Origin: a virus
Lineage: Duplodnaviria > Heunggongvirae > Uroviricota > Caudoviricetes
Strand: one strand, 5' to 3'
Virus record (IMG/VR): IMGVR_UViG_3300045988_158233
DNA length: 64,000 bases
This document shows, piece after piece, positions 47,618 through 56,481 of the stretch. The translations under genes were made by a program, and so were the position numbers. The notes below the pieces were generated by a model. The model did no database searches. It was not told the DNA's origin and saw only the letters and a program-made list of their open reading frames with translations. Positions within the stretch are counted from its first letter, which is position 1; every line of letters starts with the position of its first letter.

Positions 47618-48175
47618 ATGACAACGATTGTTGCAGGCATCGATATCGAGTCTACGGGGCTGGATTTCCTTTCTGGTCATAAAATTATTGAAATCGCAAT
47701 TACCCGCTATGAACTGGAGACACAGAGACATATTGATAGTCTGGAGATGCGTTTTAACCCTCGCAGGAACATAGATCCGAAAGCTCAAGCCGTTCATGGC
47801 ATTTCATTAGAACAGCTGGCAGCTGAACCTTTGTTGTCAAATCATGCCAGCGAAATTGGCGCTTATATGGAGGCATGTAGTGCGTGGGTTGCTCATAACG
47901 GCGAAGCGTTTGATATACCATTTATTAGACACGAGTTTTCAGGGTATGGAGTAAGACTGCCAGACGTTCCCGTTATAGATACTATGTTATCGGGATTGTG
48001 GGCCACAGAAGACGGCAAACGTCCTCGCCTTGAAGAATTGGCCTTCTCTCTTGGCTTTATATACGATCATACCAAAGCACATAGTGCCTTATATGACACA
48101 AACTTAATGATGCAATGCTTCTTTAAGGCACGTAATAAATACGGATTTTTTAAATTACCCTCTGAAATTGTGTAA
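47618..48175 (+). CDS. DnaQ-like 3'-5' exonuclease (DEDDh)
   Basis: Exo motifs GIDIESTG, HNGEAFDIPF, HSALYD; RBS aaggag before ATG 47618. Confidence 0.75.
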   Translation: MTTIVAGIDIESTGLDFLSGHKIIEIAITRYELETQRHIDSLEMRFNPRRNIDPKAQAVHGISLEQLAAEPLLSNHASEIGAYMEACSAWVAHNGEAFDIPFIRHEFSGYGVRLPDVPVIDTMLSGLWATEDGKRPRLEELAFSLGFIYDHTKAHSALYDTNLMMQCFFKARNKYGFFKLPSEIV

Positions 48176-48180
48176 AACAA

Positions 48181-48219
48181 AAGCCTGCTTTAAAGATAGT
48201 TTGAAGCAGGCTTTCTTTT
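48181..48219 (+). terminator. rho-independent terminator
   Basis: aagcctgcttt...aagcaggcttt inverted repeat then T-run. Confidence 0.6.
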
Positions 48220-48335
48220 AAAGAACAGTCGCCTTTCAATCATTTCCTGCCTGTATTTAATACTTTTCCGCCTGATAGGTTTAGTCAAAATGTAGCCATC
48301 GAAACGCAAATGCAACTAAACAGAAGGAGACTTAC

Positions 48336-49145
48336 ATGAGTTCGGTTGAAAATGTAATGACAAATGATGATCTGGATGAGCTGACAGCCATGTTGCAATC
48401 ACTTGATGAACCAGTAAAAAAAGCTGCACAGGTTGAAAATACTGATGATATTGACGATCTGCTTCTCGGCCTCGATGCTGGCGTAGCCATGAGTTCTGAT
48501 GATGTTGCCGAAGAACTGTTCAATGAAGAAAAAGTAGGTGATTTCAGCTCCGCTTTAAATGAGTTGGAATTAGCTCATGAGCCTATAAACGTAATTAACG
48601 CTGAAAGTGTTGAAGCTGCCGTAAACGAGCCAGAACAATTGGGATTTATTGAGGTTGAAGAGTGTGTTGAGGTTAATGAAGAATTAAAAGTTCAACAGTC
48701 AAATGATAGCAATACAAATAAAAAAGCTCGTACTGCAAGAGGTCCTCGTTTTACTTTAAGTGATAAAGATGATTCGTTTTTCAATAAAGCAGGCTTAGAA
48801 AAAGATATTTTCTTAGACGCTTACGATAACGCGCCTGTCAAAGCAAAGGATAAGATATTAAACCTTCTTAATTGGTTTAGCGGAGGTCCAGATATTAGTG
48901 TTTACACGGTAATTTCCATGAGACACCTTCTCACAGAAAAGAAGGCTACAAGTAATAGTATTAAGATTGCTTTAATGAGCAATCCAGAAAAACCGTATCC
49001 GCTTAACACTGCGTCAACTCAGGCTGGGCAAATGATGGCTGTATTTCCAGCTACAGGAATTGCCGTTAGAGACGGTGGAAATCTAACATTGAACGAAGAA
49101 TCACCGATCGTTAAGAAGTTTGTCGCGGAGTACACTATTGGATGA
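48336..49145 (+). CDS. acidic protein of unknown function
   Basis: 269 aa; N-terminal ~120 aa very rich in D/E. Confidence 0.45.
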   Translation: MSSVENVMTNDDLDELTAMLQSLDEPVKKAAQVENTDDIDDLLLGLDAGVAMSSDDVAEELFNEEKVGDFSSALNELELAHEPINVINAESVEAAVNEPEQLGFIEVEECVEVNEELKVQQSNDSNTNKKARTARGPRFTLSDKDDSFFNKAGLEKDIFLDAYDNAPVKAKDKILNLLNWFSGGPDISVYTVISMRHLLTEKKATSNSIKIALMSNPEKPYPLNTASTQAGQMMAVFPATGIAVRDGGNLTLNEESPIVKKFVAEYTIG

Positions 49146-49298
49146 CGTTCCCCTACTGAAAATAAAGCCCATAGAGAGCTTTATAGTGCTGGGTAAGCCA
49201 ATCACATACCCAGCACCACAAAAACGCGCCAGAGAGCTTCTCGTTTGCATTTCTGGCGCGTTTTATTTGATTGCCATACATAAAATCAAATGCAAAAA

Positions 49299-49318
49299 TA
49301 GGTAATCACTTACCTATT
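49299..49318. promoter_or_regulatory. motif B perfect palindrome ATAGGTAA-N4-TTACCTAT
   Basis: ataggtaatcacttacctat, 10-30 bp upstream of methyltransferase ATG. Confidence 0.45.
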
Positions 49319-49922
49319 GAGAAAGAAGATGATTGCAGCCGAAAAAATCAAAAAGCGAAAGCGCGACAACTCTCTTCGTGACCTCTGGAGAACACCTGAC
49401 TGGCTGTTTAATGCCATTCAACGTTATCTGGGAGTGACATTTGATGTTGACGTTGCCTGCAATAAGGACAATGCAAAGCTGCCTATTTTCATAGGCGTTG
49501 AGCGCGATGCTTTGAAATCTGAATGGGGGCAGCCAGGTACAATTGCCTTCCTCAATCCACCCTACTCCAAAATCTCCCCCTGGATTGATGCGGCTATACG
49601 TGAGCAGGCTCGCGGAGTTACAACAGTGATGCTAATTCCTCAATCCCTCGATACAAAGTGGTATGAGCGTGCAACAGAGTGTGCGAATGAGACGATTATT
49701 CTGTCTGGTGGCCGCGTAGCGTTTGTCGAGCCTGACGTCAATCTGGGTCAGGTAGAAGTAAACATCAACCCCGGTGGCAGTATGCTCGTTGTTTTTCGCG
49801 GATTCTGTCAGGACGCTGGGCACTCTATAAGCAAGATCCCTTTGGACGTCATGAAAAGTCTGGGAGGGTATGATCCTGCGAATGTGATCAGGAAAAAAAG
49901 ACCATCAAAGAAGGCTGCTTAG
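49317..49922 (+). CDS. phage-type DNA N6-adenine methyltransferase (Dam-like)
   Basis: FLNPPYS catalytic motif, ~200 aa; probable start ATG 49329. Confidence 0.7.
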   Translation: MRKKMIAAEKIKKRKRDNSLRDLWRTPDWLFNAIQRYLGVTFDVDVACNKDNAKLPIFIGVERDALKSEWGQPGTIAFLNPPYSKISPWIDAAIREQARGVTTVMLIPQSLDTKWYERATECANETIILSGGRVAFVEPDVNLGQVEVNINPGGSMLVVFRGFCQDAGHSISKIPLDVMKSLGGYDPANVIRKKRPSKKAA

Positions 49923-49943
49923 TTTGCTCTGGCGTCTGTAATT

Positions 49944-50003
49944 AGCCTGCTTCTGTATATATAAATAACTACATATTAATTATTAATATACGGAAGCAGG
50001 CTG
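49944..50003 (+). repeat. long AT-rich-loop hairpin, copy 2 of shared element
   Basis: arms agcctgcttctgtatat / atatacggaagcaggct; 3' arm identical to copy at 2843..2858. Confidence 0.45.
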
Positions 50004-50084
50004 TTTTGTATCAGAGACTCCCAGACCTGAACATCACTACAGAATCCACTAGAACCCCTTCCCAGACGCTTTAAAATCGATTTT

Positions 50085-50339
50085 ATGAACCACTTTAAGG
50101 AAACCAACATGTCATACCCGACTAATGTCGTTGCGCTCGTAGAGAGCGATTTTCTGGCCCAGGCTCGTGAAATGATGAAAGATCGTGAGCAGGCCTTCAA
50201 CTTGTACGAATGGGCAATTAAGTGCTTGCATCTTGGCGAGCATCGCGAACTTGTTGAACAGCTTTTAGGTGAGTTGATCAATGAGGTGTTTGCCTTGAAT
50301 GTTCAACTACATGGTAGAGAAAATAATCAATCACAATGA
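50085..50339 (+). CDS. hypothetical small protein
   Basis: ORF; probable start ATG 50109. Confidence 0.35.
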   Translation: MNHFKETNMSYPTNVVALVESDFLAQAREMMKDREQAFNLYEWAIKCLHLGEHRELVEQLLGELINEVFALNVQLHGRENNQSQ

Positions 50340-50860
50340 TAGATAAGTACAAACTATTCATAAAGTGAATTGTAAGTGCTAAGATCTGATAGTTTCCAGT
50401 CGTAGACTGGAGGCTCGATCTGATGGGTGGGGGTAAGCGTCACTGGCGTCAGGTTTAAAAAAGCTCACTACCAGCGTAGAACCGGTGCCGTTTAGGTGTC
50501 GGGGAAGGGGGAACCAAAGTGAGCAGAGACAAGGGTCACTTTATGATTGTCGAGTCTGGGGTGTTTCGAGAGGTTGAATCCAGTACTCCCCTTCATAAAG
50601 TGTGGGAAGATCTCGGTTCTGGGGTGCTGTCATCCATAACTTCCCAAGTCTAAGCTGGCAGTAGACTTAGACCATAGCTTTTCAGGTTATGAAACGACCA
50701 GGTTGGTGAGGAATTTTATACTCACCTCCCTGGGAGAGTATTACCTGAAAAGACAACCTCTCACTTCGTTCGAGGTGAACTTCACTCACTTCGTTCGTTC
50801 AGTTCAGGTTTATAAAAACCTGTTCTGGGAAGTAATTTGTTTATTTTAATAATTATTAAC
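50340..50860 (+). other. structured non-coding region (candidate ncRNA or secondary origin)
   Basis: ~520 bp without ORF of 60 aa or more; several stem-loops, direct repeat cacttcgttcg x2, ends in alternating Pu-Py palindromes cacgcgtgtgcgcacgcg. Confidence 0.3.
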
Positions 50861-50921
50861 ACGCACGCGTGTGCGCACGCGCGAGGAAAAAATCGGCGCG
50901 GCGCTTGATTCAGGAGTTTAT

Positions 50922-51515
50922 ATGACGACGAAGACACCAGCCCGATCGCAAGCAAAAACTCGCAAAAAAGACAAAAACAAAAATTCTCCCCGCACCAATC
51001 CCACAACGCCTGTCGTAGAGTTCAACCCCCAGCTTAAAACCGTGAAAATCTTTAGTGATGGCTCTTGCCTCAAAAATCCGGGTGGCCCGGGCGGTTACGG
51101 TATCGTTCTCCAGTATCGTGGTGAGGAACGCGAGTTCTCAGATGGTTTTCATAGCACCACCAATAACCGCATGGAGATGATGGGGGCACTTATCGGGCTG
51201 GAGCGTTTGAAATATCCATGCAACGTTATTTTGTACTCTGATAGCCAGTATCTGAAAAACGGCATGACACAGTGGATGAAATGGTGGAAACGTAATGGAT
51301 GGATGACTTCTGATAAAAAACCGGTAAAGAATGTTGATCTGTGGAAACGTCTGGATGAGGCCGCAAGTCGACATAATGTTCGCTGGAAGTGGGTTAAAGG
51401 TCACGCCGGGCATCGTGAAAATGAAATATGTGATCGACTCGCGAAGATCGCAGCTTTTTCCGCAGCCGATACGCCTCACAAGAAAGACATTGGTTTTATT
51501 TACAACAAGTGGTAA
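50922..51515 (+). CDS. rnhA: ribonuclease HI
   Basis: [43 protein letters not shown] match RNase HI catalytic motifs; basic N-terminal extension. Confidence 0.8.
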   Translation: MTTKTPARSQAKTRKKDKNKNSPRTNPTTPVVEFNPQLKTVKIFSDGSCLKNPGGPGGYGIVLQYRGEEREFSDGFHSTTNNRMEMMGALIGLERLKYPCNVILYSDSQYLKNGMTQWMKWWKRNGWMTSDKKPVKNVDLWKRLDEAASRHNVRWKWVKGHAGHRENEICDRLAKIAAFSAADTPHKKDIGFIYNKW

Positions 51516-51533
51516 GTAAGTGTTTACCTATCA
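51512..51533. promoter_or_regulatory. motif B-like palindrome
   Basis: ggtaagtaagtgtttacctatc overlapping rnhA stop. Confidence 0.35.
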
Positions 51534-51608
51534 TATTAAATCATGTATCTTATCGGCGTCAGGATGACAATGTGTCGGTAAGACACAGTTCCAGGATGGA
51601 ACGAGAAA

Positions 51609-51630
51609 GGCGGCTGGCGATCGCCAGCCG
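51609..51630. other. 22-bp perfect GC-rich palindrome
   Basis: gcggctggcgatcgccagccgc. Confidence 0.5.
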
Positions 51631-51660
51631 CAACTCTTTCTGACACTGGATGGAGTCCAC

Positions 51661-52155
51661 ATGGCACGTCAAACCTATTTCACTTCTGCAACTAAACGTC
51701 CTCGTTCACTACGTCAAATTTTGGCCGAATTATTTAGCGGTCGTGTTCTGTCACGTCTTGATGAACTGGAGACTACCGTTCGGTTGCTGAATGAACGTTT
51801 AGATAAGCAAGCGTCAGTTGTTGCGAACGTGGGGGCGATTGTTACCTCTGGTTCTTCACACCAAGCGAAAAATGCACGGCCTTTAGTGAAGGAGAAAAAC
51901 AACAAGGACAGTTCGAATGGAAAATTTTCAAAGAAAGAGGCTGAAACCAATGGCCTACGTTCTCATTATAGTTTCACTGGCGACGGTAGCCGTTCCAGCC
52001 GGTCAGAGCCTTTTGATGCCGGATTCATCCATCACCACACCTCCGTCGACGACAATTACCACCACTCCAGTAGAGCGTCCTGTCACTCTGGATGGGATGA
52101 CGGTGGATGCGATACCTCAAGTTCATCCAGTTACTCAGGATCATGTTGTGACTAA
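51661..52155 (+). CDS. hypothetical protein with His/Cys-rich C-terminus (frame uncertain)
   Basis: 164-aa ORF; overlaps alternative-frame ORF 51917..52168 that encodes a hydrophobic helix. Confidence 0.3.
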   Translation: MARQTYFTSATKRPRSLRQILAELFSGRVLSRLDELETTVRLLNERLDKQASVVANVGAIVTSGSSHQAKNARPLVKEKNNKDSSNGKFSKKEAETNGLRSHYSFTGDGSRSSRSEPFDAGFIHHHTSVDDNYHHSSRASCHSGWDDGGCDTSSSSSYSGSCCD

Positions 52156-52164
52156 GGTGGTTGT

Positions 52165-52353
52165 ATGAACTGGCTTTCAAATCACTTTGGGAAAATTTGG
52201 CTGGCAATTCTGGCTCTCATGGCCGCCGGTTGGGTATCCAACATTATAAAACTCGTTTGCTCAGGTGATCTCCAGTTTCAGGCTGGCATGACCTTGGCTC
52301 GTGTAGTTGGGATTTTTATTTTTCCAGTCGGTTCGGTACTTGGTTATTTCTGA
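52165..52353 (+). CDS. small membrane protein
   Basis: 62 aa, two hydrophobic helices. Confidence 0.35.
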   Translation: MNWLSNHFGKIWLAILALMAAGWVSNIIKLVCSGDLQFQAGMTLARVVGIFIFPVGSVLGYF

Positions 52354-52409
52354 CGGTTGTTAGTGCATATGCATTGACCGTCTTTGCGTAAGCAATTTAT
52401 GTAACCAGA

Positions 52410-52422
52410 AAACAATTTGTTT
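52410..52422. promoter_or_regulatory. motif A palindrome
   Basis: aaacaatttgttt about 25 bp upstream of ATG 52447. Confidence 0.4.
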
Positions 52423-52446
52423 TGACAAATAGCAAAAGGAAAACAC

Positions 52447-52872
52447 ATGTTAGGTTTCTTCAAAAAGAAAACTCGTAAAGCTGTTATCGAAGTCAAAAAA
52501 ATGGAGAACCGTGATGCGGTTGAAGCCACCGTGTGGGGCGGGTACATGATCTCCTATGCCAACGGTACATGCGATGCAAAAGAAATTTCCATTCTTGAGA
52601 AAACAATTGCAGCTCTGCCTGCATTTTCTCCTTTTGCTGGTGAGATTGCCCAGATGAGCGCCAATATCCGCGCTCAATACGAAGCCTCACCGCGCCGTGC
52701 TAATGCCCAGGCTTTACGTGAGCTGGCGGATGTGGCCGGGACTGATGATGCAGTAGATGTACTGTGTCTGTGCCTTGATATTGCCGACCAGGACGGCATT
52801 GATGAACCAGAAGAGCAGGCGCTGAAAAAGATCGCCCAGGCGCTTCAGTTGTCACTGGATGCTTATCTCTAA
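52447..52872 (+). CDS. TerB-like domain protein (tentative)
   Basis: Two TerB-type acidic motifs: YANGTCDAKEISILEKTI and IADQDGIDEPEEQALKKIAQALQLS. Confidence 0.5.
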   Translation: MLGFFKKKTRKAVIEVKKMENRDAVEATVWGGYMISYANGTCDAKEISILEKTIAALPAFSPFAGEIAQMSANIRAQYEASPRRANAQALRELADVAGTDDAVDVLCLCLDIADQDGIDEPEEQALKKIAQALQLSLDAYL

Positions 52873-53138
52873 TGCTTGAGAGATTCCGGCTTGTGACCGT
52901 CATTGCTCTTCTGGTGATGGCGGTGTTGGTGGATTTTACGGGAAAGATGATGTCTGTCATTTCTGATGGCGTCCTCATTGGTCTGGCGATCTACTTCGCT
53001 TATCCGCTAGTCCGTAAAGCAACGTGTTAATGACAAGGGCCAAATGGCCCTTGTGTTTCGTTGACCGAAATAGAGAGTTTGCACCTTTACGTTTAGCTTG
53101 CTCCCCTTTTATGCCACATCACAATAAAGCCAATAAGA

Positions 53139-53151
53139 AAACAACTTGTTT
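53139..53151. promoter_or_regulatory. motif A palindrome
   Basis: aaacaacttgttt about 19 bp upstream of ATG 53170. Confidence 0.4.
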
Positions 53152-53169
53152 AAGCATTAGGAAAAACAC

Positions 53170-53739
53170 ATGTGCAAGAAATGCAAAGCGATAGCTGATG
53201 AACAAAACGCCTTATTCGAAGAAATGGATGCTAATGAACTGGTCAAAATGTTAGCCATTCTTCGAGGAATAGAAGACGTTTCCATATTTGAGAGAGTGGT
53301 TACAGCACTTAATTTTGAGTCCACCTTTGAAGAGCCAACTCAGGTTGTAGCTTTAGCACATCATTTCGGTGTTCATTATCTTGCTGAAAAAGAGCGCGCT
53401 GATAAGTTGCAGGCGACTTTGGATATGGTGAGCGAGACTCAACGAACTGATGACACTAACAAGAGTGAGGCGATTATTGCCAGCAAAGATCGTGAAATTG
53501 CTGGGCTTAAATCCTCTCTAACGATGTTGATGTCTGCGTTCAATCTTATGTCTTCTCAGGCGGGTTATAAAATGCCATCACTAAACAGCGATGATCCGAT
53601 GGCCGTTCGTCAGCTTTTGGGAGCAATGGCCGACCAACTCGACGACACAAAGAGTCGCCTTGAAGACATGATGCGTGAGTTAAGCCATCGACATAACCTC
53701 GCAACACAACCACACAAAGTCTTTCAAAGCTCTAATTGA
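53170..53739 (+). CDS. hypothetical protein
   Basis: 189-aa ORF, N-terminal CKKC. Confidence 0.45.
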   Translation: MCKKCKAIADEQNALFEEMDANELVKMLAILRGIEDVSIFERVVTALNFESTFEEPTQVVALAHHFGVHYLAEKERADKLQATLDMVSETQRTDDTNKSEAIIASKDREIAGLKSSLTMLMSAFNLMSSQAGYKMPSLNSDDPMAVRQLLGAMADQLDDTKSRLEDMMRELSHRHNLATQPHKVFQSSN

Positions 53740-53793
53740 TCTGATATGGCCGCATGATCGGCCATATTGTGTTGATAAAAACAAGGGTGAAAA

Positions 53794-54075
53794 ATGGCAT
53801 ACGGTACAGGGATTTACAACAATAAAGGAATTAACGTTACTGGCTTCCTTACACCTATTTTTTTTCTTGATCGATTTACGGCGTCATCAGGCTCTAAGAC
53901 GTACTCTAATCCGCCACCGGGTAAATCACTACATGCCGTGTGGTCATTAATGCCTCTTAACAACGACAACTACATCAATTTACCTGTTCCAAATGTTACT
54001 ATTAATGGAAATACGGTTAGTTGGTCAAATTTATATACGGGGCTTGGTTCTTACATATACACATACTGGGGATAA
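53794..54075 (+). CDS. hypothetical protein (low GC)
   Basis: 93 aa, Asn/Thr/Gly/Tyr-rich. Confidence 0.4.
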   Translation: MAYGTGIYNNKGINVTGFLTPIFFLDRFTASSGSKTYSNPPPGKSLHAVWSLMPLNNDNYINLPVPNVTINGNTVSWSNLYTGLGSYIYTYWG

Positions 54076-54077
54076 TT

Positions 54078-54692
54078 ATGTTCGGGATGTCAATTACTCA
54101 ATCAGATGGAAGTTTGTGGATGAGTCCAGAATTTACTCCGCAAAATCTGATTAATAAAGGGACAATGTCTACATCTAAAGGTTCTGTTTTTCAAACATCA
54201 ATCCCATCAAACAAATCATGTTTTTTTTTCATAAAAAGCAGTAATAAGGCGAACATGATGTTTATTCATGAGCATAGTAACGGATACAATGCTCTCAGAT
54301 TGCATCAGGTAAATGGTAGCCCCGGAACAATAACAGTTTATGCTTTTTCTGATATGGTGTTACCACATTCTGGCTATGGCATTGCCATGTATAACAGCGC
54401 AGGCGCAATGGTGTATCACGGTGAGATGATGCCCCTTGATGCGAAACTTATCACTATTTCTGACCCTCAATTTACAATAGATATGGGGTATCCATGTGCG
54501 GTAATGCCTGCTATGGTTGGAGTATATAACTATAGACGAACCGATTACGACAGACCTGTCTATGTAACAATGACAGGTGCAACTGGAAACCAAGTATATA
54601 ACGGTCAATGGTATTCCGGTAATGTCACATGGGATATTAAGAAGATTTATACAAACAAAATTCTGGTGATAAATACCTCCAAGTATGATTAG
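54078..54692 (+). CDS. hypothetical protein (low GC) containing T9 tract
   Basis: 204 aa from ATG 54078; T9 homopolymer at 54221..54229 in coding frame. Confidence 0.45.
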   Translation: MFGMSITQSDGSLWMSPEFTPQNLINKGTMSTSKGSVFQTSIPSNKSCFFFIKSSNKANMMFIHEHSNGYNALRLHQVNGSPGTITVYAFSDMVLPHSGYGIAMYNSAGAMVYHGEMMPLDAKLITISDPQFTIDMGYPCAVMPAMVGVYNYRRTDYDRPVYVTMTGATGNQVYNGQWYSGNVTWDIKKIYTNKILVINTSKYD

Positions 54693-54758
54693 CCAATGCC
54701 TTTATTTGAAGGATTGCCTGTTTATTTCTATTTAGTACCTTTTCATTTTTGAAATAAT

Positions 54759-54793
54759 TGCACCATTAAACAAATCACTTCTTAATGGTGCAA
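54759..54793. promoter_or_regulatory. 12-bp perfect inverted repeat spanning RBS/start region of methyltransferase gene
   Basis: ttgcaccattaa ... ttaatggtgcaa separated by 10 nt, ending 3 bp before ATG 54796. Confidence 0.45.
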
Positions 54794-54795
54794 TT

Positions 54796-56481
54796 ATGAA
54801 TACAGCCCTTTCCATCATCGACGATGCCAACTCAAACACTGCTATCGACTATCGGCAGGAAATGAACGTCATCCACGAAATTGTGGCCGAGTGCGAGAAA
54901 GAGATCGCCTTCATGTATCAGGTTCACGACTTCGTTTATGGCGACGAACGCCACAACATGATTAATCGCCTGCTGAGACTAAACCATCGACCAGATGAAG
55001 ATCGCTCGCGTTTAAATCGAGGTTGGTTGGATAAAGTCGATCTGGAATGGGTGAAACAGAATATTTGGGCCGAGTACTGGAGGAAGGTCACGGACATGAC
55101 TAACGTTTTGCTGATCATGCCAGCTTCCCGTCGAGATGAGTGGCGCGAGCAGTTTATAGAGGGCAAACAGGAAGTCATCAAAACTGACAGAACCGGCTAC
55201 CAGATGAAGGTTAAAGAGTTCGTTGGTGTACCGGAGTTCAAAGCAGAAACGGTCATACCCACGATGCTTAATTTGCTGAATGACAGGCACAAATATCTCT
55301 CTGAGCGCGTGTATGGCTTGTTTAAGGCGCTGAGTCCTGCGCACAAGACAAATAAGACAAACGGTTTCAGCGAGCGTCTGATAATCGCTGACTGCATTTC
55401 TGATTTCTGGCGGGACAGCGTTAGCGTGAACTATCGCAAAGAGGACTACATCGACGATCTGCGTGTCTTGCTTCATTTCTTCGCGCACAAAGAATTTATT
55501 ACCATCAACCGCACTGCTGAGGTGCTATCAGCTGCGTATCGGGCAAACGACTGCCAGACCGGTGACTGGATGAACGTCGATGGAAATCTGATGCGCGTGA
55601 AGATGTTCAAGAACGGCAACGTTCACTTTGAAATACATCCTGACGTGGCCTGGAAGTTGAATGAGGTGCTGGCTTACAGTATGCCTGCTGCAATTCCCGC
55701 GCCATGCCGAACTGCGCCAAAAACACGGGCACCAAAGCAGTTCGGGTTAATCCAGAAGACGATCTCCGTGCCGGTTCGCACTGCGCTTCGTGACGGGCGA
55801 TTTAGCAAAGACAAAGGCGTATGGTACTTCTCTGATTCAGCTCTCCAGAAGTCGCAGGTGGAAGAGCTTGAGCGCACACTGAGCTTCATTGGCGGCGTGC
55901 AGGAGAAAAAGCACTGGCAGTTCCCGTATGAGATCGGCCATACGCTAAATACGATTGTGGCTACCGGTTTAATACCGGATACAAAATCACACCAGTTCTA
56001 CCCTACCCCACGCTTGATTGCTGAGTACGTTGCCAGAGCCACTGAATTGAAGCCTGGTGAGAAGTTGTTGGAGCCTCAAGCCGGACGTGGGGATCTTCTG
56101 GCCTATATTAACGCCGATCTGGAAGATGTTACCTGCATAGAAATCGCACCTCTCTTCGCTGATATCCTGCGTGGAAAAGGGTATACGAACACGATTTGCT
56201 GCGACTTCATAAAGTGGTCTGAGGACAACGCAGGTTATCAGTTCGACAAAATCGTTATGAACCCGCCGTACTCGCTTGGTCGTCATAGAGAGCACACGCT
56301 GGCTGCGCTGGGGCATCTGAAAGTCGGCGGGCGTCTTGTAGCAGTATTGCCGGGCACTGCGCCAATACTGGACTGGATGACGATGGATAATTACGTTTAT
56401 GCCAGAGGGAAGTCGTTTACCAACGAGTTTGAAGACACAGGGATCACAGTCAGCGTATACGTTTTCAAACGCGTTAAATGA
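54796..56481 (+). CDS. DNA methyltransferase with ~380-aa N-terminal domain of unknown function
   Basis: C-terminal SAM motif LLEPQAGRGDL followed by catalytic VMNPPYS (amino-MTase). Confidence 0.65.
   Translation: MNTALSIIDDANSNTAIDYRQEMNVIHEIVAECEKEIAFMYQVHDFVYGDERHNMINRLLRLNHRPDEDRSRLNRGWLDKVDLEWVKQNIWAEYWRKVTDMTNVLLIMPASRRDEWREQFIEGKQEVIKTDRTGYQMKVKEFVGVPEFKAETVIPTMLNLLNDRHKYLSERVYGLFKALSPAHKTNKTNGFSERLIIADCISDFWRDSVSVNYRKEDYIDDLRVLLHFFAHKEFITINRTAEVLSAAYRANDCQTGDWMNVDGNLMRVKMFKNGNVHFEIHPDVAWKLNEVLAYSMPAAIPAPCRTAPKTRAPKQFGLIQKTISVPVRTALRDGRFSKDKGVWYFSDSALQKSQVEELERTLSFIGGVQEKKHWQFPYEIGHTLNTIVATGLIPDTKSHQFYPTPRLIAEYVARATELKPGEKLLEPQAGRGDLLAYINADLEDVTCIEIAPLFADILRGKGYTNTICCDFIKWSEDNAGYQFDKIVMNPPYSLGRHREHTLAALGHLKVGGRLVAVLPGTAPILDWMTMDNYVYARGKSFTNEFEDTGITVSVYVFKRVK

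Noticed and set aside
51661-52353. Lysis cassette (holin/spanin-like overlapping genes)
   Set aside because: No endolysin-like gene nearby, no lipobox Cys in the embedded ORF, and no N-terminal TM in the outer ORF.
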